This document shows, piece by piece, positions 9,086 to 18,444 of a stretch of 64,000 nt of DNA (position 1 is its first letter; every line of letters begins with the position of its first letter). The stretch covers positions 169,297 to 233,296 of the forward strand of contig CAZCCG010000002.1 of NCBI GenBank assembly GCA_964497535.1, read 5' to 3'. The notes beneath the pieces are model-generated. The model did not search any database. It saw only the letters and a list, made by a program, of their open reading frames with translations, and was not told the origin of the DNA. The position numbers were made by a program, and so were the translations under genes. Origin of the DNA: an uncultured Gammaproteobacteria bacterium. GTDB lineage: Bacteria > Patescibacteriota > Microgenomatia > Levybacterales > UBA12049.

Positions 9086-10519
9086 TCAAGGAGTTATTTT
9101 TGTAGGGGATTTGCTCACTGTTGGTTTTTGTACATAATTTTTACCAATAACAATGAGAAGATCATAGGGAGAATTAGAATTCTTCTGACCCATAGCTACC
9201 TCTGCGTTAAATTCTGTCTGTAATGACTGTATGACCTTTTTATCTACATTAGAAATAGTATAGATTTTTGTTCTGGTGAGTGACTGATCATCAAAAGTAC
9301 CGGGAGGTAATACTGAATACTTTTTTGTTTTCAATTCATTGACAGCTAACAGTGCAAGACCGGGAGTTTTCGTCCCATTATCAACTTGGATAACCGGATC
9401 AGTAATAATACTGTTGGGATTTAACGAAAAGGCAATCCATTTATGAATTGAGTCCCATTGTCCGATACCGCTTCTGGGCATCAGGATGGATTGTTTGTCA
9501 TCAGAAAATCCATCGGTGAGATAATTCTGGTCTGTCAATGCTAAATTTTTGATCGTATAGTTTTTAAAGACATTTGATTGCTTGAGAAAAAATTCTACAT
9601 CCTGTAAGGACATATCCGTACGAAAATCTTCACCTAAGGATGTCATAAAAGGTATGATTTTTGTAATAAATCCAATATCAAATACGCGCTGTTTTACCGC
9701 AACCAAAAGATTTCTCTGGCGCTTTGCCCTACCAAAATCAGTACCATCCTGAAGAGAATGGCGAGACCTCGTATATTTGAGTGCCTGTGTTCCATCCATA
9801 TGTTGCAGTCCTTTGTCAAAATGTAAATGTTCATACCGGCAGGGGAAAATCTCCGATTCATCCATGGTAGCACTGCCTGTCGCAAGTTCTGCTGAAAATG
9901 ACGCTATCTCAGTATCACTATGTCCACATGGCTCTGTCTCTTTTCCTTCAATGGGATATGAATAATCATCAAAAGCTGTCTCAACATTAATATTTACACC
10001 CTCCAATGAATCAATCGTATGCTTGAATCCGTCAAAATCAATCGCGACAAAGTTATCAATCGGCATCCCGACTACCTGTTCTACCGTCTTTTTTGCCAGG
10101 TCTCCTGCCCCAGCTTCACCTTTATACTGATCAGGTTTATTGGGATAATTACGATCGTCCATACCAATCTGATAAGCCGTATTGATCTTTTGATTTGATA
10201 ACCCTTCAATAGGAAGTTTTACCCATAAATCCCGGGGAATTGAGATAAGCGTTACTATCTTATTTTGGGAATCAACATGAGCAACTATAATAGAATCTGT
10301 TAGATAGGTGCCATCATGGTTTCCTCCTCCATAGCCGAGCATCAAAATGTTAAAGGGTTTTTTATTGGTAAATTTTTCCTGAAGATTATCCAGTTTTGGG
10401 GCAGAAGCTGAAGTATTTTTAACAAAGATCTTGTTGGAGACGTCTTTTGTTTTAAAATAGAGATACACCCCGCCTCCCATGAATAAAAGAAGCAGTATTA
10501 TGGCTACAATTTTTTTCAT
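9086..10519 (-). CDS. LytR-CpsA-Psr (LCP) family cell-envelope polymer transferase
   Basis: N-terminal TM, then FNILMLGYGGGNHDGTYLTDSIIVAHVD...LISIPRDLWV, the LCP domain core. Confidence 0.8.
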   Translation of the reverse strand: MKKIVAIILLLLFMGGGVYLYFKTKDVSNKIFVKNTSASAPKLDNLQEKFTNKKPFNILMLGYGGGNHDGTYLTDSIIVAHVDSQNKIVTLISIPRDLWVKLPIEGLSNQKINTAYQIGMDDRNYPNKPDQYKGEAGAGDLAKKTVEQVVGMPIDNFVAIDFDGFKHTIDSLEGVNINVETAFDDYSYPIEGKETEPCGHSDTEIASFSAELATGSATMDESEIFPCRYEHLHFDKGLQHMDGTQALKYTRSRHSLQDGTDFGRAKRQRNLLVAVKQRVFDIGFITKIIPFMTSLGEDFRTDMSLQDVEFFLKQSNVFKNYTIKNLALTDQNYLTDGFSDDKQSILMPRSGIGQWDSIHKWIAFSLNPNSIITDPVIQVDNGTKTPGLALLAVNELKTKKYSVLPPGTFDDQSLTRTKIYTISNVDKKVIQSLQTEFNAEVAMGQKNSNSPYDLLIVIGKNYVQKPTVSKSPTKITP

Positions 10520-10669
10520 AGAACCATATCATACCAAAAACAACCTGAAAAAATCCTGAGGAAAATGGAATACAATTTGGGATATCAAATATAAACTTAC
10601 ACACAAAGATTATAAGAAAAAATTAAAGGGGTGCTTCTTTTGAAACACCCCAAGAGGTTGTGTTAGGCT

Positions 10670-10870
10670 TTACAACGGATGCCCGAAGAAACAATGGGTA
10701 ACTTGCCAATGGTCTTGTTTACGGTACTTAGTACCACAATTGTTACACTGCAAGTACTGGAACGAGCATGAGGCATCGCCTGCACCAAGCGTTCCATGGC
10801 ACGTAATACCATATCCATCAACAAGTCCTTTGCACTTCTCGCATTGGTACGCCAGTACCGAAAGAGACAT
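10670..10870 (-). CDS. Small Cys-rich (zinc-ribbon-like) hypothetical protein inside the GC-rich islet; alternative overlapping frame 10663..10941
   Basis: CEKCKG...CNNCG paired Cys motifs; local GC elevated; weak call. Confidence 0.25.
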   Translation of the reverse strand: MSLSVLAYQCEKCKGLVDGYGITCHGTLGAGDASCSFQYLQCNNCGTKYRKQDHWQVTHCFFGHPL

Positions 10871-10913
10871 ATGCTGATGCTCCTTTCCCCAAACATCTGT
10901 TCATCAATCTCGC

Positions 10914-11096
10914 TTACCGAAGATAAATCTGAAACCTCCATGATACTAACATCCCCACAACTGGAGACGCTGCAAATACGAATGCTCCTGCTTGATGACC
11001 ATAGAATTGACCAACAAGAAGGGATGACGCCATAGCCAGGGAAACCGCTATCATCAGGAGCATAACTTTCCTTTGAGACCGTTTTTGTTCAGTCAT
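10914..11096 (-). CDS. Small hydrophobic hypothetical protein (60 aa)
   Basis: One or two predicted TM segments; in the GC-rich islet; weak call. Confidence 0.25.
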   Translation of the reverse strand: MTEQKRSQRKVMLLMIAVSLAMASSLLVGQFYGHQAGAFVFAASPVVGMLVSWRFQIYLR

Positions 11097-11250
11097 CGTC
11101 CTTCTCCCTTCAGTTCTTCGACAAACCGAGATACCCTATCAACGTACAAATCGAATTATACGAAAGCCATACAGATAATACAAATTGAGGAATTTTGTAG
11201 AATTACTTTAGCTCTATATGCCTTTATATTTCTAAGAAGACAAAAAATAG

Positions 11251-11290
11251 GGGTGGTCGAGTCCGCCAGCTGGCGGAGACTCGACCACCC
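11251..11290 (-). terminator. Intrinsic terminator-like hairpin (13-bp perfect stem GGGTGGTCGAGTC/GACTCGACCACCC with palindromic loop CGCCAGCTGGCG), U-run on minus strand
   Basis: Read directly; lies 22 nt downstream of minus-strand ORF 11312..11605 and is followed on the minus strand by CTATTTTTTG. Confidence 0.6.
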
Positions 11291-11311
11291 ACAGTGAAAG
11301 AAACTGAGAAG

Positions 11312-11605
11312 TCAATCACGAGGAGCTGCTGCAGCAAGCTCTGAGAGGCTCACTGCATACGCTGTACGACGCGCATTATGGTATGAGACGTATTTGTCGT
11401 TGATCTCCCTCTCGAACTCGAGAAACGACTGGATGACAGACTGTCCTCCAGATGAGCTATGAGGTACTTCTACCTTTACCAGAAGCAACTCACCAGTATC
11501 AAGCTGCTCCGCAAGATAGAAGTAATCCCCCCAATCCAAAGGACGAGTTCCTGGCAACCTTCCCGGGTCAAGCTCACGCCGTACCCATTGGCACGTTTTG
11601 GACAC
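11312..11605 (-). CDS. Hypothetical protein (97 aa), GC-rich islet
   Basis: ORF with higher GC than the host background and a downstream terminator; no homology recognised. Confidence 0.4.
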   Translation of the reverse strand: MSKTCQWVRRELDPGRLPGTRPLDWGDYFYLAEQLDTGELLLVKVEVPHSSSGGQSVIQSFLEFEREINDKYVSYHNARRTAYAVSLSELAAAAPRD

Positions 11606-11760
11606 AACTACTCTCCTTCCTCTTCTTGACAGAAAATCCTATCAGATTCTCTCAACCGGAGGCATTGTACTAAAAAAAGAAGATAAAAACAAATTGAAGA
11701 TTATTTATAAGAAAAGGGGGGTACAAGTCTGCACCCCCCGAAAAACGGAATAGGATACTT

Positions 11761-12225
11761 CTAATTAAGTTGTATCGAGTACTCCTCAAGCAGTGCATCC
11801 CCATCGAGGACATAGCGGGTATCAGCCCATGTGTCTCTTGTTTCAAGAGGACATGAGAGTGTTCGGCCTTCTCCTGCAAGGACCAGACTACACTTCTCAA
11901 GCCGGTTACGTCCCACATACACGAAGTGATCGAAGCATACCTGCAAGACAACCCCGTTTTCTGGCGCGTTCTGGTCGATGCTTGCGATGTACCCTACGCC
12001 ATAACGAGTCAGTAATCTCTCTTGCCATGGTTCCATCAATAGCTCGTGGGGGTAGAACCGGTATCCCCGCAATGCCCGATTGATAAGCCACACTGGTGCT
12101 ATTTGCTGGACAAGGATTACTCCCAACCAGTATGGAACAAAGCCAAAGACTTTGAGCACGTTCACGCTGCCTCCTCTTGAGTGATATACCAACGCTACCG
12201 CCATTTTATAAAAATTACTGTGCAA
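11761..12225 (-). CDS. Hypothetical protein (154 aa), GC-rich islet
   Basis: Local GC ~50% versus ~35% background; no homology recognised. Confidence 0.4.
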   Translation of the reverse strand: MHSNFYKMAVALVYHSRGGSVNVLKVFGFVPYWLGVILVQQIAPVWLINRALRGYRFYPHELLMEPWQERLLTRYGVGYIASIDQNAPENGVVLQVCFDHFVYVGRNRLEKCSLVLAGEGRTLSCPLETRDTWADTRYVLDGDALLEEYSIQLN

Positions 12226-12263
12226 TTACAAATAAAGGAAATTATACAAAGGATTGAAGAGAG

Positions 12264-13463
12264 TTAATTTTTTTGCCGGAGAAAGGCGGGGATATCCCAT
12301 ACATCTTCGTCTTCTTTAATATTCGTATCTTCCTGAGAGAAGTTTGCAGGACTTGGAGGAGTCTGCTGTGGTTGCTGCGTCTGTTGCGGCTCAGGTTGCT
12401 GATGAGTTATCGGAGTCACCGGCGGCTGGTATCTATGTTGTTCTTCCTGATGTTCTTCTTTCATCTCAGGACCACGGGGAATAGACATAAATTGCTGAAG
12501 TTTTTGTTTGTTCTGGTCAAATCCTGTGGCAACCACGGTAATTTTGAGCTGGTCATGCATTGCCTCGTTAATTGTTGCTCCAAAAATAATATTTGCATCA
12601 GGATCAGCACTTGCTGAAATAATTTTGGCTGCTTCATCAACTTCATTCATCGTCAAATCCGGCCCTCCAATAATATTAAAGAGTACTCCGCGTGCTCCGG
12701 TCATTGATATTTCCAGAAGCGGAGAAGAAATAGCTGACCGGGCTGCTGCTTGTGCACGATTTTCGCCAAATCCGGTACCAATTCCCATCAATGCCGAACC
12801 TGCATCAGTCATAATAGTTCGTACATCGGCAAAATCGACGTTGATCAGTCCCGGCATGGTGATCAAATCTGAAATTCCCTGTACACCCTGGGTCAACACG
12901 GAATCCGCTACTTTGAATGCTTCAAGAAGCGACATTTTTTTATCTACAACATCCAGAATTCTTTGGTTGGGAATAACAATCAGGGTATCTACTTTATCTT
13001 TGAGGTTTTCAATCCCATCTTCCGCCTGGACAAAACGGCGAGTTCCTTCAAAAGAAAAAGGCTTGGTAACAACCGCTACGGTAAGCGCTCCAACTTCTTT
13101 TGCAATTCGTGCTACAACTGGAGTAGCCCCTGTACCGGTGCCGCCACCCATTCCTGCTGTCAAAAAGACCATATCTGATCCCTCAAGCATGTCTTTAATT
13201 TTCTCTTCTGATTCTTCAGCAGCTTGGCGTCCCATTTCAGGATTGCCCCCGGATCCAAGTCCTTTGGTTAATTGATCACCAATTTGAAGTTTGCCATCTG
13301 CGGGACATCCCAGAAGTGCTTGAGCATCAGTATTGACTGCTACGAAATCAACGCCATTAATACTTGCCGAGGAAATCATTGAAGCGAGAGCATTGTTGCC
13401 ACCTCCACCAATACCCACAACCCTGATTTTTGCAAAATTTGAAGTAGTTGGTTTGATCAGCAT
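12264..13463 (-). CDS. ftsZ: Cell division protein FtsZ
   Basis: [22 protein letters not shown] tubulin signature, C-terminal DIPAFLR tail. Confidence 0.95.
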   Translation of the reverse strand: MLIKPTTSNFAKIRVVGIGGGGNNALASMISSASINGVDFVAVNTDAQALLGCPADGKLQIGDQLTKGLGSGGNPEMGRQAAEESEEKIKDMLEGSDMVFLTAGMGGGTGTGATPVVARIAKEVGALTVAVVTKPFSFEGTRRFVQAEDGIENLKDKVDTLIVIPNQRILDVVDKKMSLLEAFKVADSVLTQGVQGISDLITMPGLINVDFADVRTIMTDAGSALMGIGTGFGENRAQAAARSAISSPLLEISMTGARGVLFNIIGGPDLTMNEVDEAAKIISASADPDANIIFGATINEAMHDQLKITVVATGFDQNKQKLQQFMSIPRGPEMKEEHQEEQHRYQPPVTPITHQQPEPQQTQQPQQTPPSPANFSQEDTNIKEDEDVWDIPAFLRQKN

Positions 13464-13518
13464 AGGAGTGATAGCATCCTAGCAGATACAACTGGAGATT
13501 GCAAGTATACTTCATAGC

Positions 13519-14385
13519 TTAGGTATATAGTATTCGTGCATTGTTATCTGCGGATAATGACATTGTAAGATGTTCTAATGACATCCATATAATTCCTCTT
13601 TCTGAGTCAATTACCTGGATATCCATTTCACCATTTGTCTGTACCTGATATCCTGCAACACAAACTGAATGTCTCCCAACTACATCTTTATCCAAATAAA
13701 TATGATTCGACATAACAGCTAAAAGAACTGCTTGGGTATCTAAGATATTTTTTATGAGTTTTGCATTCGCACCAATCTTAGACTCATTTATTTCACTTGT
13801 TGATCCGATATAGCTTATCGTTGTGGCAAACTCTCCGTGTGATGAAACATATTCTTTCCCTACTATTCGTATGGGTTGCGTAGTTTTGTGAAGCCCAGGT
13901 AAAGAACTAATTTGAACTTCTTCATACCTTTGCCTGGCACTCATTTCTTCTAATTCTTCATATGTCATCCCTCCTCTTTTTGATTTTTCTATGTCAATTG
14001 CAAAGTTAAGCAAATCCATAGTAAATTGTGTTTTTGGACGGATTCCTAAAGCCTTCATACCGCTGGCAAATGACCAGGGTAAGCAAGTTGGTTCTATTCC
14101 CTGGTAATACCATCCCCCGGTATAAACGTGGGATGAGGCAGGACAGGCTGTAAGAGTACGGTTAGAATCAGCCAGACTTCGTTCAAAAACAGCTAGATCC
14201 TGTGCAGATGCTTTTAATTCCAGAGGGGGCAATGGATGATCAAGAAGTCGACTTACTGTCTGCCTATCATAATCAAATCCATACCCTGTCCCAATAAGAT
14301 CAGATCCAAACAAACGGATATTTGGTTTTTCTTGGGCACCAACCTCAAAAAAGTAGGATATATCTGCTTCCCGAGCAATAGCCAT
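13519..14385 (-). CDS. Hypothetical protein between ftsA and ftsZ; possible papain-fold cysteine peptidase
   Basis: 288 aa; Cys context PTCLPWSFASG and His context GRHSVCVAGYQ resemble C1/C39-like catalytic dyad motifs; speculative. Confidence 0.4.
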   Translation of the reverse strand: MAIAREADISYFFEVGAQEKPNIRLFGSDLIGTGYGFDYDRQTVSRLLDHPLPPLELKASAQDLAVFERSLADSNRTLTACPASSHVYTGGWYYQGIEPTCLPWSFASGMKALGIRPKTQFTMDLLNFAIDIEKSKRGGMTYEELEEMSARQRYEEVQISSLPGLHKTTQPIRIVGKEYVSSHGEFATTISYIGSTSEINESKIGANAKLIKNILDTQAVLLAVMSNHIYLDKDVVGRHSVCVAGYQVQTNGEMDIQVIDSERGIIWMSLEHLTMSLSADNNARILYT

Positions 14386-14418
14386 AAAACGAGGTATTAT
14401 ACCATGGAAATTCTATCG

Positions 14419-15738
14419 TTAGGGGATGAAGGATTTCAGAAGATTAACAACTTTTTTAACCATCTTTCCGCTTGGCATACCTCCAAGTCGTGGCATAGAA
14501 AATCCGAGAGGAAGTGACTTACCACCGCCGGTATCTTGTTTTGCCCCGTAAATCAAAAGCCCGACTCCTGCTGAAAAAGCAGGGCTATTGATCTCATCAA
14601 TCAAACCCTTTAGACCGGTTGGCATACCGACTCGTACCGGCATCGCAAGCATTCGCTTGGCAGATTCTGAAATTCCTACTGTCAATGATCCCCCACCTGT
14701 TATTACTAACCCTGCAGGAGTTTGACCTCCATATCCGCTCTTTTTAATCTCAAGTCCAATCATTGTGAATATTTCATTTAGTCGTGGGCGTATAATACCG
14801 TCAACCAATGTTTTTCGGGAAACCTTGTGTAATTCTTCAGGAAGTTCCAATACACCCAAATCTACTTCATCACTGATGGATGCCAAATCAGCCCGCTTCA
14901 CGGTACGACCCATCATCGTTTCTTCTGTATCTTCCGGCATGACAATTTTTTTCTGTGGCTCAGACAAAAATAATTTGATTTTCTCAGCACTTTCCAGAGA
15001 AAGCCGTAAACCGATTGCCAAATCATTGGTAATATGACGAGCACCAATAGGCAGAACTGAAGAATATGCAATTGCTCCATCAACATAAATAGAGATATCG
15101 GTAGTTCCCGCTCCCATATCTACCAAAACTACCCCTAATTCCTTCTCAGTATCGGTAACCACGGCAAGACTACTGGAATATCCACTAAATACGATACTAT
15201 CCACATCTACTCCTACTTGTGACAGTGCTTTTTCAAGATTACGCAAAGCAGTACTGCTTGCTGTTATGATATGGGTATCTACCTCCAACCGTACCCCTGT
15301 CATGCCAATCGGATCTTTGATACCATCTTGCCCATCTACCGAATAGTTACGCGGCAGTACGTGGATAATTTCTCGTGTTGAAGGCAATGAAATGGCTCGA
15401 GCAGCATCTATAACGCGTTCAACATCGTTACTGATAATCTCTCCATCAGGCTTGGAAACTGCTACAACTCCATGAGAATTTTGGCTTTCAATATGACCGC
15501 CACCGATAGAAGCCGTAACATGAGCCACAGAATAACCGGCCATTCGCTCCGCAGCTTCGATTGAGGAATTTATTGCAGCTACTGCTTCTTCAATATCAAC
15601 GATTTGTCCTTTTTTTATTCCTAAGGCTCGAGTCTCTGCAACTCCCAAAACATTGATTTCTTCATCAATTTTGGCAATTATCGTAACGATTTTCGAGGTC
15701 CCAATATCAACTCCAACAACTATCTTTCCATCTGTCAT
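14419..15738 (-). CDS. ftsA: Cell division protein FtsA
   Basis: Actin-fold N-terminus IVVGVDIGTSKIVTIIA; 439 aa; position upstream of ftsZ. Confidence 0.92.
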   Translation of the reverse strand: MTDGKIVVGVDIGTSKIVTIIAKIDEEINVLGVAETRALGIKKGQIVDIEEAVAAINSSIEAAERMAGYSVAHVTASIGGGHIESQNSHGVVAVSKPDGEIISNDVERVIDAARAISLPSTREIIHVLPRNYSVDGQDGIKDPIGMTGVRLEVDTHIITASSTALRNLEKALSQVGVDVDSIVFSGYSSSLAVVTDTEKELGVVLVDMGAGTTDISIYVDGAIAYSSVLPIGARHITNDLAIGLRLSLESAEKIKLFLSEPQKKIVMPEDTEETMMGRTVKRADLASISDEVDLGVLELPEELHKVSRKTLVDGIIRPRLNEIFTMIGLEIKKSGYGGQTPAGLVITGGGSLTVGISESAKRMLAMPVRVGMPTGLKGLIDEINSPAFSAGVGLLIYGAKQDTGGGKSLPLGFSMPRLGGMPSGKMVKKVVNLLKSFIP

Positions 15739-15760
15739 ATGAATACTAATTTAATTTGAT

Positions 15761-16201
15761 CTATTTGCGGTACACGATCACAGGATTATCAAACCTAAAA
15801 TCCAGGCTTGAAAACCGCTTTCCCTCTATTGTAAGCCGTGACAGGACAAATTGTAAAGAGGATATTTGTTGTGCAATCGGTTTTTTGGAAGAAAAATATA
15901 TGTATTCTCCATCTTTGAACTTTATAAGATACGAGTAGTCTTCTGCAATGTAAACCCCTTCATAGTCAATATGAGCTTTCCGCAGTCCCTCTTCTATTGA
16001 AAGTGTGTTGTTAGACCGCTGAGTAATAAACTTTCCCAAAGGCAACGGGCTAATAAAGTCAGGAGCCTGGTTTAACAAAATACCCACGACTACCATTACA
16101 AAACTGAAAAGAAATATAACAGCACTTACCGAAAGAAAAAATAACCGTAGTTTACGGCGTGATCGATTCCGTACCTTCCGCGGATTATGAGCAGATTTCA
16201 T
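15761..16201 (-). CDS. ftsQ: FtsQ/DivIB-like cell division protein (short form, single TM + POTRA-like region)
   Basis: Basic N-terminus, one TM, 146 aa; call based mainly on synteny between murG and ftsA. Confidence 0.5.
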   Translation of the reverse strand: MKSAHNPRKVRNRSRRKLRLFFLSVSAVIFLFSFVMVVVGILLNQAPDFISPLPLGKFITQRSNNTLSIEEGLRKAHIDYEGVYIAEDYSYLIKFKDGEYIYFSSKKPIAQQISSLQFVLSRLTIEGKRFSSLDFRFDNPVIVYRK

Positions 16202-16202
16202 C

Positions 16203-17312
16203 TTAATGCACTACCTTCTGTACTTGCTCAAAGATTTTTAAAGCTGCGGCAGGATGAAGAAGTTGTTTCCCTTTCTGCGCTGCTTTTTCGTATTCTTCTT
16301 TCCTATTGTACATATTCTTTAGAAGTTCGTACACTCGGTCAACCGATGCATCATCTTGCAGCACTACTCGTGCAAACCCCAAAGACGCAACCATTTGGGC
16401 ATTTTTCAATTGTTCACCGCGTTGACCATAGGGTAAGGGAATAAAAAGTGCCGGTTTTCCAAAATACAAAACCTCGGTTACCGTATTAATCCCGGCTCTG
16501 CCCAAAACAATATCTGCTTGGTGAAAAACACTGCCAATCTGCCCAGGACTGATAAATTTGGTAGCAACGTAGCGCTTCGCAAGCTTTGGGGAAAGACCAT
16601 CGACCACTTTTTGTAATCGGTCATAGTCGTTATACTGATGTGAATCTCCGGTCTGATGAATAATACGAAATGTTTGGAGCAATCTTTCAAGTCCTGAAAC
16701 AATCAGCATATTGATAAAATGTGCTCCTCCGCTCCCCCCGGTTACATACAAAAGCGGCACTTTCTCCTCGGAAATTTGAAATTGAAAATTTGAAATTGAA
16801 AATTTTTTCAGAGGATTACCCGTCAACACCGTTTTGCCTTTTGGAAAAAATTCTTCAGATTCTTTCCAGGAGATACAAATAGTTTTTGCAAAACGGCTGG
16901 CAAGTTTATTGGCAGCGCCTGCCTCAAGCGTTTGTTCATGAATCACCACAGGAATACCCAAAGTCTTTGCTGCCAACGTCACTGGAACTGCTACGTATCC
17001 ACCAAAAGAAAGGATACAATCAGGTTTGTATTTGCCCAAAATCAAAAGCGCCTGGGCATACCCATAGGGAATCTTCAAAATTGAAGGAATAGTATGGATG
17101 GTTAATGATCGTTGGACTCTTCCTGTTGTTAAAGCCTGAAAATTCCACTGCTCTATTTCTGCCGTTTTATACTCCAAAGAAAGAGCTTGATCACCCTCAA
17201 AGGTATACTTTCTTCCAATAAGTAAAAAGTCAACATCTTTTGGCAGTATTTTTATGACTGCATATGCTGCTGCGAAATGTCCTCCTCCCCCTGCTGTAAT
17301 AACAATTTTCAT
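16203..17312 (-). CDS. murG: UDP-GlcNAc:MurNAc-pentapeptide-PP-undecaprenol GlcNAc transferase MurG
   Basis: MKIVITAGGGGHFAAAYA (N-domain G-loop), GGSGGAHF (C-domain); contains an in-frame low-complexity insertion FSISNFQFQISEEK in the inter-domain linker. Confidence 0.9.
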   Translation of the reverse strand: MKIVITAGGGGHFAAAYAVIKILPKDVDFLLIGRKYTFEGDQALSLEYKTAEIEQWNFQALTTGRVQRSLTIHTIPSILKIPYGYAQALLILGKYKPDCILSFGGYVAVPVTLAAKTLGIPVVIHEQTLEAGAANKLASRFAKTICISWKESEEFFPKGKTVLTGNPLKKFSISNFQFQISEEKVPLLYVTGGSGGAHFINMLIVSGLERLLQTFRIIHQTGDSHQYNDYDRLQKVVDGLSPKLAKRYVATKFISPGQIGSVFHQADIVLGRAGINTVTEVLYFGKPALFIPLPYGQRGEQLKNAQMVASLGFARVVLQDDASVDRVYELLKNMYNRKEEYEKAAQKGKQLLHPAAALKIFEQVQKVVH

Positions 17313-17315
17313 AAT

Positions 17316-18431
17316 TTATTTATGATGAGCGTGAACGCTCTGTTTTGAAATATTCAACAATATTCCAACTGCCGTTAAATCTATTATAAGCGATGATCCA
17401 CCATAGGAGATAAACGGTAATGGAACTCCGGTAAGTGGAATCAATGCCGTTTGGGCTGCCAGGTTTACAAACACCTGCATAGCAAGAAATGATGTAATAC
17501 CTGCAGCAAGAAGTTTACCAAATTGATCGGAAGCATGTATCGCAATAATAAAACCTCTCCATACTACTAATATGAATAGCAATATTACACCAGTTGCTCC
17601 TATAAATCCCATCTCTTCAGCAATAATTGCAAAAATTGAATCAGTTGTATTCTCTGGTAAATAAGCATACTTTTGTAATGAATTTCCCAACCCCACACCA
17701 CTAAATCCTCCTGACCCTAAAGCAATCAAAATTTGACGGACATGATATGATGACCCTTGTAATTCTTGTTCGGGATTTAAAAAAGTCGCAAGACGTTGCG
17801 CACGATACGGGGACAATTTAATCAATAATAATCCAGCTACTCCAAGTGCCGGAATAACAAAGATAAAATTTCGGATGCTTCCACCGGAAAGAAAATAAAG
17901 AATAAATGCTTCAGACATAATAATAATTGCCGTTCCCATGTCAGGCTCAAGCATTACCAACCCCAACACCAACCCAATCAAAAGACAAAACGCCAGAAAA
18001 CGCCCTTTTTCTTTGGTAGAAAACCATGCAGATAGATAAATAGCCAACGTAAGTTTTACAAACTCAGCCGGTTGAAGGATAAAAAAATGTAGATTAATCC
18101 ACCGATGTGCTCCTAACACTTTTACTCCAATACCGGGGATGAATACAAGCATTAGAAGTCCAATGGCCACAATTAATAGTGGCAAGGATAGATTATAAAA
18201 TCTATGATAGTCAAAATAGGAGAAAAAAAGAAGAGCAGTAATTCCTATAGCAAACCATATTGATTGTTCTTTAATATAATAATACTTATCTGCAAAATCC
18301 CGAAAAGCGATAAAAGATGACGCATCAAAAATAATCAACAGTCCAAAAAATGTTAGTAAGAGAGTTAACGCCAGGAGAAAAAAATCAAATCGTTTCATGA
18401 GCTTTTTTAATTCTAGTCTATTTGGAAGCAA
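17316..18431 (-). CDS. ftsW: SEDS-family peptidoglycan glycosyltransferase FtsW/RodA
   Basis: ~10 TM polytopic protein with SEDS hallmarks; location in dcw cluster. Confidence 0.88.
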   Translation of the reverse strand: MLPNRLELKKLMKRFDFFLLALTLLLTFFGLLIIFDASSFIAFRDFADKYYYIKEQSIWFAIGITALLFFSYFDYHRFYNLSLPLLIVAIGLLMLVFIPGIGVKVLGAHRWINLHFFILQPAEFVKLTLAIYLSAWFSTKEKGRFLAFCLLIGLVLGLVMLEPDMGTAIIIMSEAFILYFLSGGSIRNFIFVIPALGVAGLLLIKLSPYRAQRLATFLNPEQELQGSSYHVRQILIALGSGGFSGVGLGNSLQKYAYLPENTTDSIFAIIAEEMGFIGATGVILLFILVVWRGFIIAIHASDQFGKLLAAGITSFLAMQVFVNLAAQTALIPLTGVPLPFISYGGSSLIIDLTAVGILLNISKQSVHAHHK

Positions 18432-18444
18432 GGAGTAAAGGATA

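Noticed and set aside
12508-13275. 255-aa plus-strand ORF (and the 114-aa ORF 12273..12617) antisense to ftsZ
   Set aside because: The opposite strand encodes an unmistakable FtsZ; the antisense ORFs are low-complexity Ser/Ala/Ile-rich with no motif and are typical shadow ORFs.
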